Assembly: GCF_006345805.1 (NCBI RefSeq)
Contig: NC_042998.1
Span: 87,792,001-87,856,000, forward strand
Direction of reading: 5' to 3'
Length of the DNA stretch: 64,000 bases
Source: Octopus sinensis
Taxonomy: Eukaryota
Shown here: piece after piece, positions 1 through 12,420 of the stretch
How positions within the stretch are numbered: position 1 is the stretch's first letter
How the letters are laid out: the number at the start of each line of letters is the position of its first letter
Notes under the pieces: generated by a model
What the model was told of the DNA's origin: nothing
What the model saw: the letters and a program-made list of their open reading frames with translations, nothing else
The model's database searches: none
Program-made: the position numbers and the translations under genes

Positions 1-7
1 AAAATTA

Positions 8-214
8 ATTTATTATATAGAAGGAGCTTCTAGTAGTTTCCACTTGGTCTTGAAGGGGATGGAATTCCTTTTAAGGTACCAGATGTGGGCGGCGAGGGTA
101 GTTTGGTTGGATTTATCCTGTCGCCGGAACGAGTGTGTGTGTGCGTACCAACGGGTCTTAAAGCTGTTTGACGTCATTCCTATGTAGGATTTTCTTTTAT
201 CGTCAGGGCCTGAT
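8..214 (-). mobile_element. Inverted copy of the 3' end (GIY-YIG region) of the adjacent Penelope-like element
   Basis: Reverse complement matches 1184-1388 almost base for base; the minus ORF 13-303 reads KSYIGMTSNSFKTRWYAHTHSFRR...LAAHIWYLK. Confidence 0.92.
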
Positions 215-1388
215 TTCGCCAGGAGGTCTTCCACCATCACCGAGGTCGAGCAAGATGTGATACTCCACGCACGTAAGACTTTTCTTTCTATGACGGATCT
301 CACTGATCAACAAAAATCTGTGACCCCCTTCGACGTCAGCATGGGTGCTAACGACTCTGCTGAAATAAGTGACCTAGTGGGCTTTTTCATCCTCCATAGG
401 CTGAAAACCCTATTCACAGGCCTCTCCGGTGGTCTTTACCGCGATGACGGCCTTTTCGCCCTCCACAAAGTAAACCCCAGGACCACGGATGGGTTCCGGA
501 AAATCTTTACACCTTCTTTAAAAAAACTTAGGCTTAGGATTACCTTAGAATCCAACTTAACTAAAGCTAACTTCCTTGATGTCACCCTCGACTTAAAACC
601 TCACTTTATTACCCGTACCACAAACCGAATGAATCCCTTAAATATATAGATATTAATTCCAACCACCCCAAAAATATATTAGATAACCTAGTAAAAAGTG
701 TCTCAATTAGAATTTCTAGCCTGTCCGCCACGGAAGATATCTTTAAGGCCGCAGCCCCCTATTACAACGAGGCCCTGGCCCGCAGTGGCTTCAAAGATAA
801 GATTACCTATACCAGTATAGCCCCACGCCAACCTAGGAAAAATAGACGAAGACACATTAGCTGGTACAAACCCCCCCTTCAACCGTGAGGTCGCTACACC
901 TGTAGCTAAAATCTTCTTCACTCTCCTACATAAACACTTCCCCACCCAACATAAGTACTACACTATCCTAAATAGAACACTATTAGACTCTCCTACTCTA
1001 CCACCACGCCCAATCTAGCCAGGAACCTAGCAACAACAATGTGAAAAAACTTAACATACCTACTTTTCCCGAGGCCCATCCAACGTCCGATAGCAATTGC
1101 AACTGCCCTGATAAAACTAACTACCCTGCCCCCCTCAACAACAACTGCCTACAGAGGGACCTAGTATATACATGCGAGGTAAGATCAGGCCCTGACGATA
1201 AAAGAAAATCCTACATAGGAATGACGTCAAACAGCTTTAGACCCGTTGGTACGCACACACACACTCGTTCCGGCGACAGGATAAATCCAACCAAACTACC
1301 CTCGCCGCCCACATCTGGTACCTTAAAAGGATTCCATCCCCTTCAAGACCAAGTGGAAACTACTAGAAGCTCCTTCTATATAATAAAT
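215..1388 (+). mobile_element. 5'-truncated, frameshifted Penelope-like retroelement (RT C-terminal half + Cys-rich linker + GIY-YIG endonuclease)
   Basis: FDVSMGANDSAEISDLVG, GLYRDDGL, NFLDVTLDL (PLE RT motifs); CNCPDKTN..PLNNNCL..LVY...YIGMT (Cys linker + GIY-YIG); ends in (TA)n. Confidence 0.92.
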
Positions 1389-1398
1389 ATATATATTA

Positions 1399-1440
<42 letters not shown>

Positions 1441-1488
1441 CCATTTATTGTGATGCTAGTCTTCAGCCATTTTGAATTCAAATTCAAA

Positions 1489-1528
1489 TGGCTGAAGACT
1501 AGCATCACGCCTGAAACCCAGAGTACCA
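1489..1528 (+). ncRNA. Degenerate minimal type-I hammerhead ribozyme motif (family B)
   Basis: TGG-CTGAAGA-C-TAGCATCACGCCT-GAAA-CCCAGAG-TA-CCA. The core boxes and stem I (TGG/CCA) are present, but stem II has only 2 bp; homologous to 46384-46424. Confidence 0.55.
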
Positions 1529-1748
1529 ACGAATTTGAATCAAACTGTTTTGATCCATATTTATATATATATAAACATATATTTTTCGTGAATTCTTTTT
1601 CTCGTGAATTATTTGCTCCGTATTGGAATATGTATACAGGGAGAGAAAAAGAGGAAATCAGATAGATAGTTAGTTAAATAGATCACTCAACCGATTGATC
1701 GATTGATAAATAAATAAATAAATAATAGATAGATTGATATATATATAA

Positions 1749-1825
<77 letters not shown>

Positions 1826-1839
1826 GATATATATATATA

Positions 1840-1870
<31 letters not shown>

Positions 1871-3261
1871 TAGCCTTTTGGAAATATATACCCTACGGCT
1901 ATTTCTTCATGTGGTTTCAAGTTTAGATTTTAAATTAAGAAGAATTTAAAATACATTCTATTTAATAGCATTATGCCGTACCTTTGAACAGACTTGCATC
2001 GGATTAGAAGAAATCATTATCTATTGAGCTATGATACGTATTTATAACGCTTTTATTTATCGATTCTTTTTTCCATAGGGGAGATTTGTAATAATTAAGT
2101 TGAAGAAACCAAAGTCGTGAAAGTGAAATTTAATAGACGGAAATTGTAAGGAAGCTCGTCTGATGGATTGTATCAATGATTAAAATGTATGTCATGTACA
2201 GTGTTATGCACAATCACAATGAGCAACTGGAACCGATATTTGTCGAATTAAAAAAATCTATCATAGTAACATTAATGTCTGGTAATAGAGGTCAAACTGT
2301 TTATTTAACCAATTAATTGCTTTATTAATTATTTTATTATTGTGTGGACTTACAAAAATTTTACATATACAATCTAATGTATATAAGGAAATAATTCCTC
2401 AAGCCATTCGAAGTACCCGTAAATAAAATTATTTAACAACATAGTCGCCATTTTCTCATCTAGATATTATCTATCTGTATCATATATGCATGTATAGTAT
2501 ACACAACCTTTCATGTAATACACGCATAATACTTACATATCATACAAATTAGATAATGTATTTAATGTTATATGTATATATAACACACACACAGATAGAT
2601 AGATTGATAGATCGATAGATTGATTAATTGATAGATCGATAGATAGATATACATATTTATATTATACATATATGAAATAAAATACACGTTAGTGGCACTC
2701 TGCACGCAGGTGCCCCACCGGCTAGAAAACGCAGCTGTATTCCTTCAAATCACACTTTGCTGCTTTGATAAAAAAAAAGAGAACAATGTCGTACTTGTTA
2801 GTCATAAATTATACAAAATAAGGAGTACGGTCATGCCTGGAACGCCTTTGACTATATATCTTCTAAATACGCACGCATTTTAATGACACAAGACATTAAA
2901 ATTTTCTTCCACATTACTTTTATAATACCTGTACTTTACGGAACCCCGAACAGAAATAATTCTACCATTTTTACAGCATATTTGATTAATTAATGAATGA
3001 ATTATTAATTAATTAATTAATTAATTACTGAATTAACCAGATAATTAATACACATTGTTTTTGTATTATTTGAAATATACCGTAAGGGGTCATTTTTTTG
3101 TAAAGAAGAAATTTTTGCTTCGCTGTGAACATTTACCCTCTACAGTTTTGTCGCTTAGAAAAAGTGGAAACAAAATCTGTTTCCGTCAATTTTCGTACAA
3201 ATCGTGCGTGCGCGTGTGTGCGTGTATTAGTCAATGTGTGCACATGCAATTCTTTGTATAC

Positions 3262-3294
<33 letters not shown>

Positions 3295-4063
3295 ATATTA
3301 ATGATACACTTTGTATTTGAGTAGTGTTTAAAAATAAACGTATCTTTGAAATACTTTTCTTCTGCACATTTTCCTCTGCATGTTTCCAGGTGTATATAAC
3401 TACATCTTTGTGCTCATGTGCAACAATGGGTTTTTGTGAGTATATGTGCGTGTGTGTGACTTTTTGTGCTTGTGCGCGCGCGTGCATATAAACCTATTAA
3501 ATAATCGAAGGCAAGGATTGGTTTAAATTTCTAATATGGATAATAGCAAAAAGAATTAGTTTCCATCACAACATTCTCTTCCTTCTTTCTTCGTTCCTAC
3601 TTTTACTATTCTCTCTTTTTTTTCTTCTCATAATGACTTGCTTCGAATGAATTCCTGGTTGCACGCCATTTACGTCGACTAAGATGTTTTTTTTGCAAAG
3701 ATTTTATACTCAGAAGATGCACTAAACGCTAGCAAGTGATTTGATTCATTGAATTACGGGATCCAGTGTGAAACCTCGATTTGAGCCGTTTTAACCTCTC
3801 CAAGTGTTGTGCAGCAGGAACGTATTCGAAACAGATGTGCCATGATTTTTAATAACATAAAAATATATAATTACATGAGTGTGTGTGTGTGTGTGTTGTG
3901 TGTGTGTGTGGTGTGTGTGTATGCGTGCGTATGTGTGTGAATGTATATATTCATATATATATATATAAATATATATAACGGGAAGCTTTACGAAAATAAA
4001 CAAAAGACGAAGGCAGGTGGAATATATACATATATATATATATATAATATATATATATTATAT

Positions 4064-4111
<48 letters not shown>

Positions 4112-4121
4112 TATATACATA

Positions 4122-4160
<39 letters not shown>

Positions 4161-4251
4161 GAATATACATATATATGTGTATACATATATATATATGAAT
4201 ATATGCATATATATGTGTATACATATATATATATGAATATATGCATATATA

Positions 4252-4296
<45 letters not shown>

Positions 4297-4375
4297 ATGA
4301 AAACATAAAGAGAAAACACAACAACGCGAGGATGTGGAACAAGTATAGTGTTAATGGAAAGGAAAGAAAGAAGGA

Positions 4376-4412
4376 GGACTTAACGTTCGAGCGGAGCTCT
4401 TCGTCAGAAACC
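4376..4412 (-). ncRNA. Minimal hammerhead motif (family A), one A missing from GAAA
   Basis: Minus strand GGTTT-CTGACGA-A-GAGC-TCC-GCTC-GAA-CGT-T-AAGTCC. Confidence 0.65.
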
Positions 4413-4422
4413 TAGTTTCCTA

Positions 4423-4460
4423 TGCTTCTGGCGAAGAGCTCCGCTTGAAACGTTGAATCC
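4423..4460 (+). ncRNA. Degenerate minimal hammerhead motif (family A)
   Basis: CTGGCGA-A-GAGC-TCC-GCTT-GAAA-CGT-T; A6G core change, inverted partner of 4376-4412. Confidence 0.55.
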
Positions 4461-4558
4461 TCCTTCTTTCTTTCCTATCCTGAGCGTCCAGTAACACTAT
4501 ACTTGTTCCACGTCCTCGCGTTGTTGGGTTTTCTCTTTGTGTTTTCATGTTTGGATTA

Positions 4559-4598
<40 letters not shown>

Positions 4599-5173
4599 TG
4601 ATACACTTTGTATTTGAGTAGTGTTTAAAAATAAACGTATCTTTGAAATACTTTTCTTCTGCACATTTTCCTCTGCATGTTTCCAGGTGTATATAACTAC
4701 ATCTTTGTGCTCATGTGCAACAATGGGTTTTTGTGAGTATATGTGCGTGTGTGTGACTTTTTGTGCTTGTGCGCGCGCGTGCATATAAACCTATTAAATA
4801 ATCGAAGGCAAGGATTGGTTTAAATTTCTAATATGGATAATAGCAAAAAGAATTAGTTTCCATCACAACATTCTCTTCCTTCTTTCTTCGTTCCTACTTT
4901 TACTATTCTCTCTTTTTTTTCTTCTCATAATGACTTGCTTCGAATGAATTCCTGGTTGCACGCCATTTACGTCGACTAAGATGTTTTTTTTGCAAAGATT
5001 TTATACTCAGAAGATGCACTAAACGCTAGCAAGTGATTTGATTCATTGAATTACGGGATCCAGTGTGAAACCTCGATTTGAGCCGTTTTAACCTCTCCAA
5101 GTGTTGTGCAGCAGGAACGTATTCGAAACAGATGTGCCATGATTTTTAATAACATAAAAATATATAATTACAT

Positions 5174-5216
<43 letters not shown>

Positions 5217-5332
5217 CGTGCGTATGTGTGTGAATGTATATATTCATATATATATATATAAATATATATAACGGGAAGCTTACGAAAATAAACAAAAGAC
5301 GAAGGCAGGTGGAATATATACATATATATGTT

Positions 5333-5364
<32 letters not shown>

Positions 5365-5371
5365 TATATGA

Positions 5372-5410
<39 letters not shown>

Positions 5411-5636
5411 TATATAATGAATATATACATATATATGTGTATACATATATATATATGAATATATGCATATATATGTGTATACATATATATATATGAATAT
5501 ATGCATATATATGTGTGTGTATATATATATATATATATTATATATATATATATAAACATGAAAACATAAAGAGAAAACACAACAACGCGAGGATGTGGAA
5601 CAAGTATAGTGTTAATGGAAAGGAAAGAAAGAAGGA

Positions 5637-5674
5637 GGACTTAACGTTTCGAGCGGAGCTCTTCGTCAGAAACC
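5637..5674 (-). ncRNA. Minimal type-I hammerhead motif with intact core (family A)
   Basis: Minus strand GGTTT-CTGACGA-A-GAGC-TCC-GCTC-GAAA-CGT-T-AAGTCC; palindromic ACGT stem III; stem I contains wobble pairs. Confidence 0.75.
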
Positions 5675-5684
5675 TAGTTTCCTA

Positions 5685-5722
5685 TGCTTCTGGCGAAGAG
5701 CTCCGCTTGAAACGTTGAATCC
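5685..5722 (+). ncRNA. Degenerate minimal hammerhead motif (family A)
   Basis: Duplicate of 4423-4460 (CTGGCGA...GAAACGTT). Confidence 0.55.
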
Positions 5723-5834
5723 TCCTTCTTTCTTTCCTATCCTGAGCGTCCAGTAACACTATACTTGTTCCACGTCCTCGCGTTGTTGGGTTTTCTCTTG
5801 TGTTTTCATGTTTGGATTAACTTTATATATATAT

Positions 5835-5878
<44 letters not shown>

Positions 5879-5950
5879 TACAAACACATATATGATTACA
5901 TGGCTATATATGAATATACATATATACATCTCTCTCTCTCTCTCTCTATG

Positions 5951-6009
<59 letters not shown>

Positions 6010-6347
6010 GTGTGTTCGTGTGTGGGTGTGGGTGTGGGTGCATGTACATGTAGAAGCACATACAAATGCAAAGAATTGATAATTATTCCGATATAAATAC
6101 TTGTTTTCCAAATGTATTTTGGGTTACACTTTTATTATGGCTCTGTTTATATAAATAGAGCACCGCATTATTATCACATACAGATGTATTGCGAGTTGTG
6201 TTAAGAAACATCTGTATTGATTTCTTAGCTAATAGCTGAGCCTTTTACTATGTATAGAAATATACATACAGAGGAGGTGCTCGAGTACAGTAATTTTGTT
6301 TTATTGTCCATGATTATTCTCGATTTGTTTACTTGTTTTTTCATTAG

Positions 6348-6494
6348 GGAGCTTCCTCTCAGAAGATTTCTTTGATGGATGGCAAAATTATGAAAAGCAA
6401 CTGATTCATCTCGCCCCCTTTCCGCAAGATGGAGCATATTTTCTTCGATGCATAAACCGGGCGACTGCGCAAAGAAACCCAAAGAATCCGTTAG
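6348..6494 (+). CDS. Candidate internal coding exon of an unidentified host gene (phase 1-1, 147 nt)
   Basis: Strong acceptor TTTACTTGTTTTTTCATTAG|, donor TTAG|GTGATG, and open frame SFLSEDFFDGWQNYEKQLIHLAPFPQDGAYFLRCINRATAQRNPKNPL in GC-richer unique sequence. Confidence 0.55.
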
Positions 6495-6543
6495 GTGATG
6501 TGCATACTAGATTCCATTAGTTTACAAATTCACGCGCGCACCA

Positions 6544-6582
<39 letters not shown>

Positions 6583-9208
6583 CTGTGTGTATGTGTGTGT
6601 TTGTGTATTAATGCTTGCATTCGCATGTAAAAATATTTCTCCAAGAGAATCATATTAATCAACTTTTAATTATAATTAATCAATTATATTTCTATAAGTT
6701 TAGTAAACTGGTAAAATTGGCAAAGCACGGGAGATAATATATTGCTGAGTTTAGTCAAAATCCCTTTAAGTTCTGAGTTCAAATCCCACCTGGCTAGATA
6801 CTTTTATTCAACAATCCAAGATTAATAAAACAAGTATCAATAATTTACTGGAAGCTAATTAATTCGACTACACTCCTTCTATGAAATAATTAAATTGACA
6901 ACACTTTACCCATAAATTAATTAAATCGACTACACCCTTTCCATGAAGCAATCTACGATATTAAATAATAAAATTAATCCTTATTAATCAGAATTAGAAA
7001 TCATATGAAGCAAACATCTGACACTACAATGACATTTATTACGAGCATAAGTACAATATGGCTGACTGTTTAAGACGAGCGGTTCGCAATCACGAGTACC
7101 AGGGTTCGAGCCACTGCGTAGCTTTTTCTATCGCCTTAGAACGGCGTATACCTTGTGAGTGAAATCTGGTAGGCAGAAACGATATAGAAGCCCATCGAGT
7201 TGATTCTGTTTGTAACTCAAAAGGTAGCGCCTTGTCCAATAACTTATGTCGAGCTGATTGATTCTGCCTTAGAATTATGTTAAGAATACATATGCCTTTG
7301 GAATACTCAAACACATACACATTTATTCAGGATCAAAATGTTGAATCCTAATCATCAAACGGCAGATATTCTCCACTACAACCACATCCACCGCATTGAA
7401 GTAGAGTTTCAGTTGAAAAATGTTACATAATGGTATTTCGCCGTAACAATTATCGTAATGTTCCCTCGTCCAGAGATGGAGGACCTAAATTCTATGAAAG
7501 AAAGGAATCAAATAGAATTGGAATAATTGGTGATAATGAAGAACACGTCTGAGCATGAAAATATTATAACTGTTCAATATTCTATCCTTCACTAGTTTAC
7601 ATTCTATTATTGAATGAATCGCAGTTCAAATTTCCTACCATGAGTTTTCAACTATTCAAACAAGCAGACTCATCAAGTGAGTTGAATATTCCATAAACAC
7701 GTGTACCCTTAGTACAGTGTTTTATGTGACGCTTCTCAAGCAAAATCAGTGTGACATAGTGCATGACAAAGCCGTACTTTTGAATAACGAAGACAAAGGA
7801 ACTTGTCCATGATGTTACGCAATGTACTTGAACCGGGAACTTCATGATTGTAAAGTGACTTTTTAAACCATTCAGCCAAACCTCGCCTGCTTATTATAGT
7901 ATTACTACACAGCAAATTCAATTCTACACTTGCAATAAACTGTATAACTGAAACAGACTAAATATAAATCAGAGTAGCTGGCTCTGCTAACAGTTTATTG
8001 GCTTCCCATACTGCTACGTTTCACCAGAAGCTAACTAAGCTAAACTTATATACTATTTTAAATTAACATTATATATCATGTTCATTAAAATGCTAGGTTA
8101 CAGAAATTTTACGGAAATTGTATGCGACATGCAATGGATTCATGATATTCTGATACTAACAAGTAGCTCCTTTTACTCCAGGTGAACTAAAAGCAATTTA
8201 AGTATCACCTGGAGGTAAATTAACTAATGCTAAAAACTGGAACGAGATGCTGGAAAGAAACCAGTTATCAGTAACGTAGCATTCTTAACAATGGATAAAT
8301 TACTAAAATATAAATATACCAAATTAAAACACTAGCATTTCCACAATGGAATCAAAGAGAGGTGCTCTATATGGAAGCTCGATGTGATAATGAGAGCAAC
8401 CAAATATCCCATAATCCATATCCTGCGGTCATGAAGTAGGGGAACATACAGAACCTTGTAGGCTTAGATGTGCAGTTGTTAAGAGAAAGAGAAAGTCGGC
8501 TTGGCTGGAACTTAAAGGCTATGAGTCTGATCATTTTGGGCCAAACTAGGACTAACAACAACATCATTACCATCAGCAACTGCCGTGTACTATGATATCA
8601 TTGTGCTTCGTTATATTACTACATATTACACATCTATAATTCAATGCGCTAATATAAATATTAATATGTTTCATGGTTGTCCTCTCACGCCTTGGAAGGC
8701 AATTTTGATCTCAATGAAATTGGAACACTGGTTGTAGAGATGCAAAACATTTATTCATCAGTTCAACAGGTATGATGTCAAATGTTTGGAGCTAGGGAAC
8801 AGTTGACTATATGCAGAATCCATAACTCGATTGGTATATATTTTATTAACCATGGAAATATGAAAGGTAACGTCGGCCTTAAAGCTAAACACCAGAAAGT
8901 ATTTTGACCGATACCCTAATGAGTCATAGCCGGTGGATTGACAGAAATGTAAGAAAACTGAGCAAAATATTTGCATCATTCCTTTATCAGTTACAGTTTT
9001 TTTAATATTCTGAGTTCACATCCAGCCGAGGTTAATATCGTATTTCATTCTTTGAAGACCTTTAAATTTAGATATTGTGGACAGCTTAATTTCATATCTA
9101 AGAAATTAGATTTGAATAAAAATATATTATAGAAGGCCATTCTGACAAAACCAAAGCCTATGGTATCGATACCATAGGCTTTGGTATTTTATTTTATTGA
9201 CACCGCCA

Positions 9209-9402
9209 AAAGGCAGCGAGCTGGCAGAATTGTTAGCACGCCGGACAAAATGCCCTAGCAGCATTTCGTCCGTCTTTATGTTCCGAGGTCGACTTTACCT
9301 TTCGATAAATTAAGTACCGGTTGAGTACTGGGGGGGGGGATGTAATCAACTTAACCCCTTTCCTCCAAATTTCAGGCCTTGTGCCTATAGTAAAAAAGGA
9401 TT
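9209..9402 (+). mobile_element. tRNA-derived SINE, family B (tail type 1)
   Basis: Head AAGGCAGCGAGCTGGCAGAA, core GAGGTCGACTTT..GATAAATTAAGTACC, tail GGCCTTGTGCCTATAGTA; many homologs in the window. Confidence 0.85.
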
Positions 9403-9715
9403 TTATTGACCCCCACCCAACCAAGAAAAAAAAAAGATGAAATGCTAAGTTGACTTCGGAGAGATTTGGATCAGGAATGTAAACAGCAAGAACAAATACT
9501 GCCGGACATTATTTCTCCGAGTCTAACGATTGAACCGATCTGATGTCCAATATCCAATAAATAATAATTCCTCATCCTAGTACAAAACTATAAGTTTGAC
9601 AGAGAGACGATTAAACAAATGAATAAATCCAGTATATACCTGATACATTTTTATAGACTCTGAAATTAGTATCAGGCTCAATGGAATTTTATCTCAGAAA
9701 GTACTGTGGCAAACG

Positions 9716-10092
9716 TGGCACTCCGTCGGTTATGATGACGAGGGTTCCAGTTGATCCGATCAACGGAACAGCCTGCTCGTGAAATTAACGTGTAAGTGGA
9801 TGAGCACTCCACAGACACGTGTACTCTTATCGTAGTTCTCGGGAAGATTGAGCGTGACACAGAGTGTGACAAGGCTGGCCCTTTGAAATAGAACAGAAAC
9901 GGGAAGAAAGAGTGAGAGAAAGTTGTGGTGAAAGAGTACAGCAGCGTTCGCCAGCCCACTTCCCTGCCGGAGCCTCGTGTAGCTTTTGGTGTTTTCGCTC
10001 AAATAAACACTCACAACGTCCGGTCTGGGAATCGAAACCGTGATCCTACGACCACGAGTCCGCTGCCCTAACCATTGGGCCATTGCGCCTCC
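9716..10092 (-). mobile_element. tRNA-derived SINE, family C (full length)
   Basis: A/B-box head GGAGGCGCAATGGCCCAATGGTTAGG...GGTTTCGATTCC; collinear with 31810-32192. Confidence 0.9.
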
Positions 10093-10559
10093 ACAGTGTG
10101 GTAAAACTAAATACTGTTAGATATTTCATCATACATTAGTTTATCTTTCACTTCTTCCATATTTGTGGTTCATTCAATCTATTTCCTAAGCTAGCTACCA
10201 TTAACACATCCACTCTGTAGACTACGGGCAAAATGCAAATGTATAACAACATGCTGAGATGCAGCTGGGGTGAATAAAATAAAATATCTTTAATTTAATA
10301 AATATATGATCTGCAACTTCTATTAAATTATTGTATTGATCTTGAGGCTCAAATTGGCTGCCTTCTTTTTTATTCTCCCTTTTCAACTTGGTGTTTAGAG
10401 ACTTTTTCATTAGGAGACACCTTCGTATTCGCATAAAGTGAAACGTCAACGCGAGTGAGAAGTCTACCACTTTTCTTATACACAAAAATATTATTTACTA
10501 GTGTACTTCACTATTTTAAATATACGTTGACGATGATGATGATGATAATGATGGTGATG

Positions 10560-11410
10560 ATCCTTTCTACTATAGGCACAAGGCCTGGAATTTTGGGGGA
10601 GGGAGAAAGTCGATTATATCGACCTCAGTGCGTAACTGGTACTTATTTCATCGAACTCGAAAGGATGAAAGGCAAAGTCGACCTTAGCGGGATTTGAACT
10701 CAGAACGAAAAGACAGAAGAAAAGCCGCTAAGAATTTTGTCCGAGGCTCTAACGATTCTAACAGCTCACTATCTTATAATGAAAATAACTTCGACCCCAG
10801 TGTTCAACTGGTACTTATTTGGTAGAACTCGAATGGATGAAAGGCGAAGTCGATCTCAGCAGAATTTGAACTCAGAACATAAAGACGAACAAAATGCAGC
10901 AATGAATTTTGTCCACTTTGCTAGCGATTCCGTCAGCTCACCACATTTTGACGATGACGAAGATGATGATGATGATGATGATAGCTGAAACTTTTGGCAC
11001 ATGGTCAGTAATTTTAGGGGTGTAGGATTATCCGATTACATCGCTCAATACTTAACTTATACTTTATTTTATCGAACCTGAAAGACAAAGTTGACCTCGG
11101 CGAGATTAGACCTTAAAACGATTGGTTCTTAATCAACAACTGCCAAGACATTTTACTCAATCCTCAACCGATTCTGTTCTGTACCACTCTTTCTGATGGC
11201 AGTTATATATAGGGCACGAGGCCAGAAATTTATTGAGACAGAACAGTTAAATATAAATTACCTTGACTAGTAATTTATATTTTCAACCGCGAAATGATAA
11301 AAGACAAAGTTGATCTCAGCAACACTTGTAATCAGAACGTAAACGACCGTAATGAAATACTGCAAAACGTTTTAAACGACACACTAATGATTCTGCTATC
11401 CACATTGATA
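10560..11410 (-). mobile_element. Cluster of about 4-5 degenerate family B SINE copies in the same orientation
   Basis: Repeated GGTACTTATTT..GAAAGGCAAAGTCGACCT..ATTTGAACTCAGAAC cores separated by (GAT)n and short spacers. Confidence 0.8.
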
Positions 11411-11974
11411 TTCCAGATCCAACTATGATAAAATCTGTGTCATTAGAGATAAACATTTAAGCTTTATACTTCAAGATTTGTAGAGTTTTACATTTTTAAG
11501 GTAGAGGAAAAGTTTCCTATAAGTCAAGTGAAACGTTCTGATTGTGAAACTGAATCGGACCACAGATTCAACAGTTTTCCAACAAGTTAGTTCTAACTGT
11601 ACGAGGTTCATTGCTGTAGCAATATAACGTTTTTACAAACATAGGCAAGAGGCTAGCGATGTTTGAGAGAGGAATCCGAACTGGAAAGTTGTAACAGACC
11701 TGCATTTTCCAAATATGTTCTTGACAAAAATGAGGTGAAGTTCAACTTGGTTCATCAAATAATTATACGGAAACAACTTTCTCGTAAGTAAAATACTCTG
11801 TAATTGTAGGTGATAAAAGGAGAGATCGTGTGAAGTTATTACATTTCTGAAGAATTCAGCTTGTCCAGAAAGTTGTAATGCCATCATTATGTTAACCAAA
11901 ATAATAATTGCTCCTTATGCAACCGGTAAAACTTATTCTTTTAGCTGGGGAGTGCTTAATTATATAAAGCCAGC

Positions 11975-12420
11975 ATGGTGGCTCAGTTGTCAGAGCACTG
12001 GCCAAAATGTTTTGTTTTTTTTCCGGATCTTTACGTTCCATGTTCGAATTCCACCAAGGTTATCTTATTTTCCTGTCCATCAGGATTGATAAAGTAAGAT
12101 ACTAGTCAAGTACTGCGGTTGATAACAACGATTCAGCTCCTCCCCTCAAAATTCTGGCCTTTTTCCTACATCAGAAGCCATTATATATTACAACTTAGTC
12201 GGGAGAAAGTTGTACTTCGGTATAATAGAGCGTCGGATAATTTGCCTAGTGGCATATAATTCTGCTTTTAAATCCCGCTCAGATCAACTTTGCACTTCAT
12301 CCATCCGCGATCAAGAAAATAAAGTAACAGTCAATCACTGGGATCGATTCATTCGACTAACCCCCATCCCCAAATTTCTTGTCTAGAGCTTATGTTAGAA
12401 ACAATTATCAAATGGGAAGA
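11975..12420 (+). mobile_element. Two degenerate family B SINEs
   Basis: Diverged head/core/tail motifs (TTCGAATTCCACCAAGGTT, CCCCTCAAAATTCTGGCCTT). Confidence 0.6.

Larger units (their letters stand above)
3297..5875. repeat. Tandem duplication of a ~1.3 kb unit bounded by (TA)n
   Basis: Unit 3297-~4595 is repeated at ~4596-5875; non-microsatellite parts differ mainly by 1-nt indels. Confidence 0.9.

Noticed and set aside
1192-1212. CTGACGA...GAAA inside the PLE endonuclease
   Set aside because: Coding sequence (PDDKRK) with no stem II or stem I pairing; coincidental hammerhead-like core.
215-1388. Selenocysteine recoding as in some Naiad PLEs
   Set aside because: The endonuclease is C-terminal, and I saw no in-frame TGA at conserved Cys positions.
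6855-6950. Three imperfect ~32-bp direct repeats, superficially CRISPR-like
   Set aside because: No unique spacers, eukaryotic context, and they derive from a decayed SINE tail (TAATCGAC motif).
7070-7130. tRNA-like A/B boxes here and at ~7830-7890, ~37370-37400, ~39590
   Set aside because: No cloverleaf acceptor stem; they are SINE heads, not tRNA genes.
11657-11784. Open frame ending in a GTAAGT donor
   Set aside because: The acceptor lacks a polypyrimidine tract and the peptide is unrecognisable.
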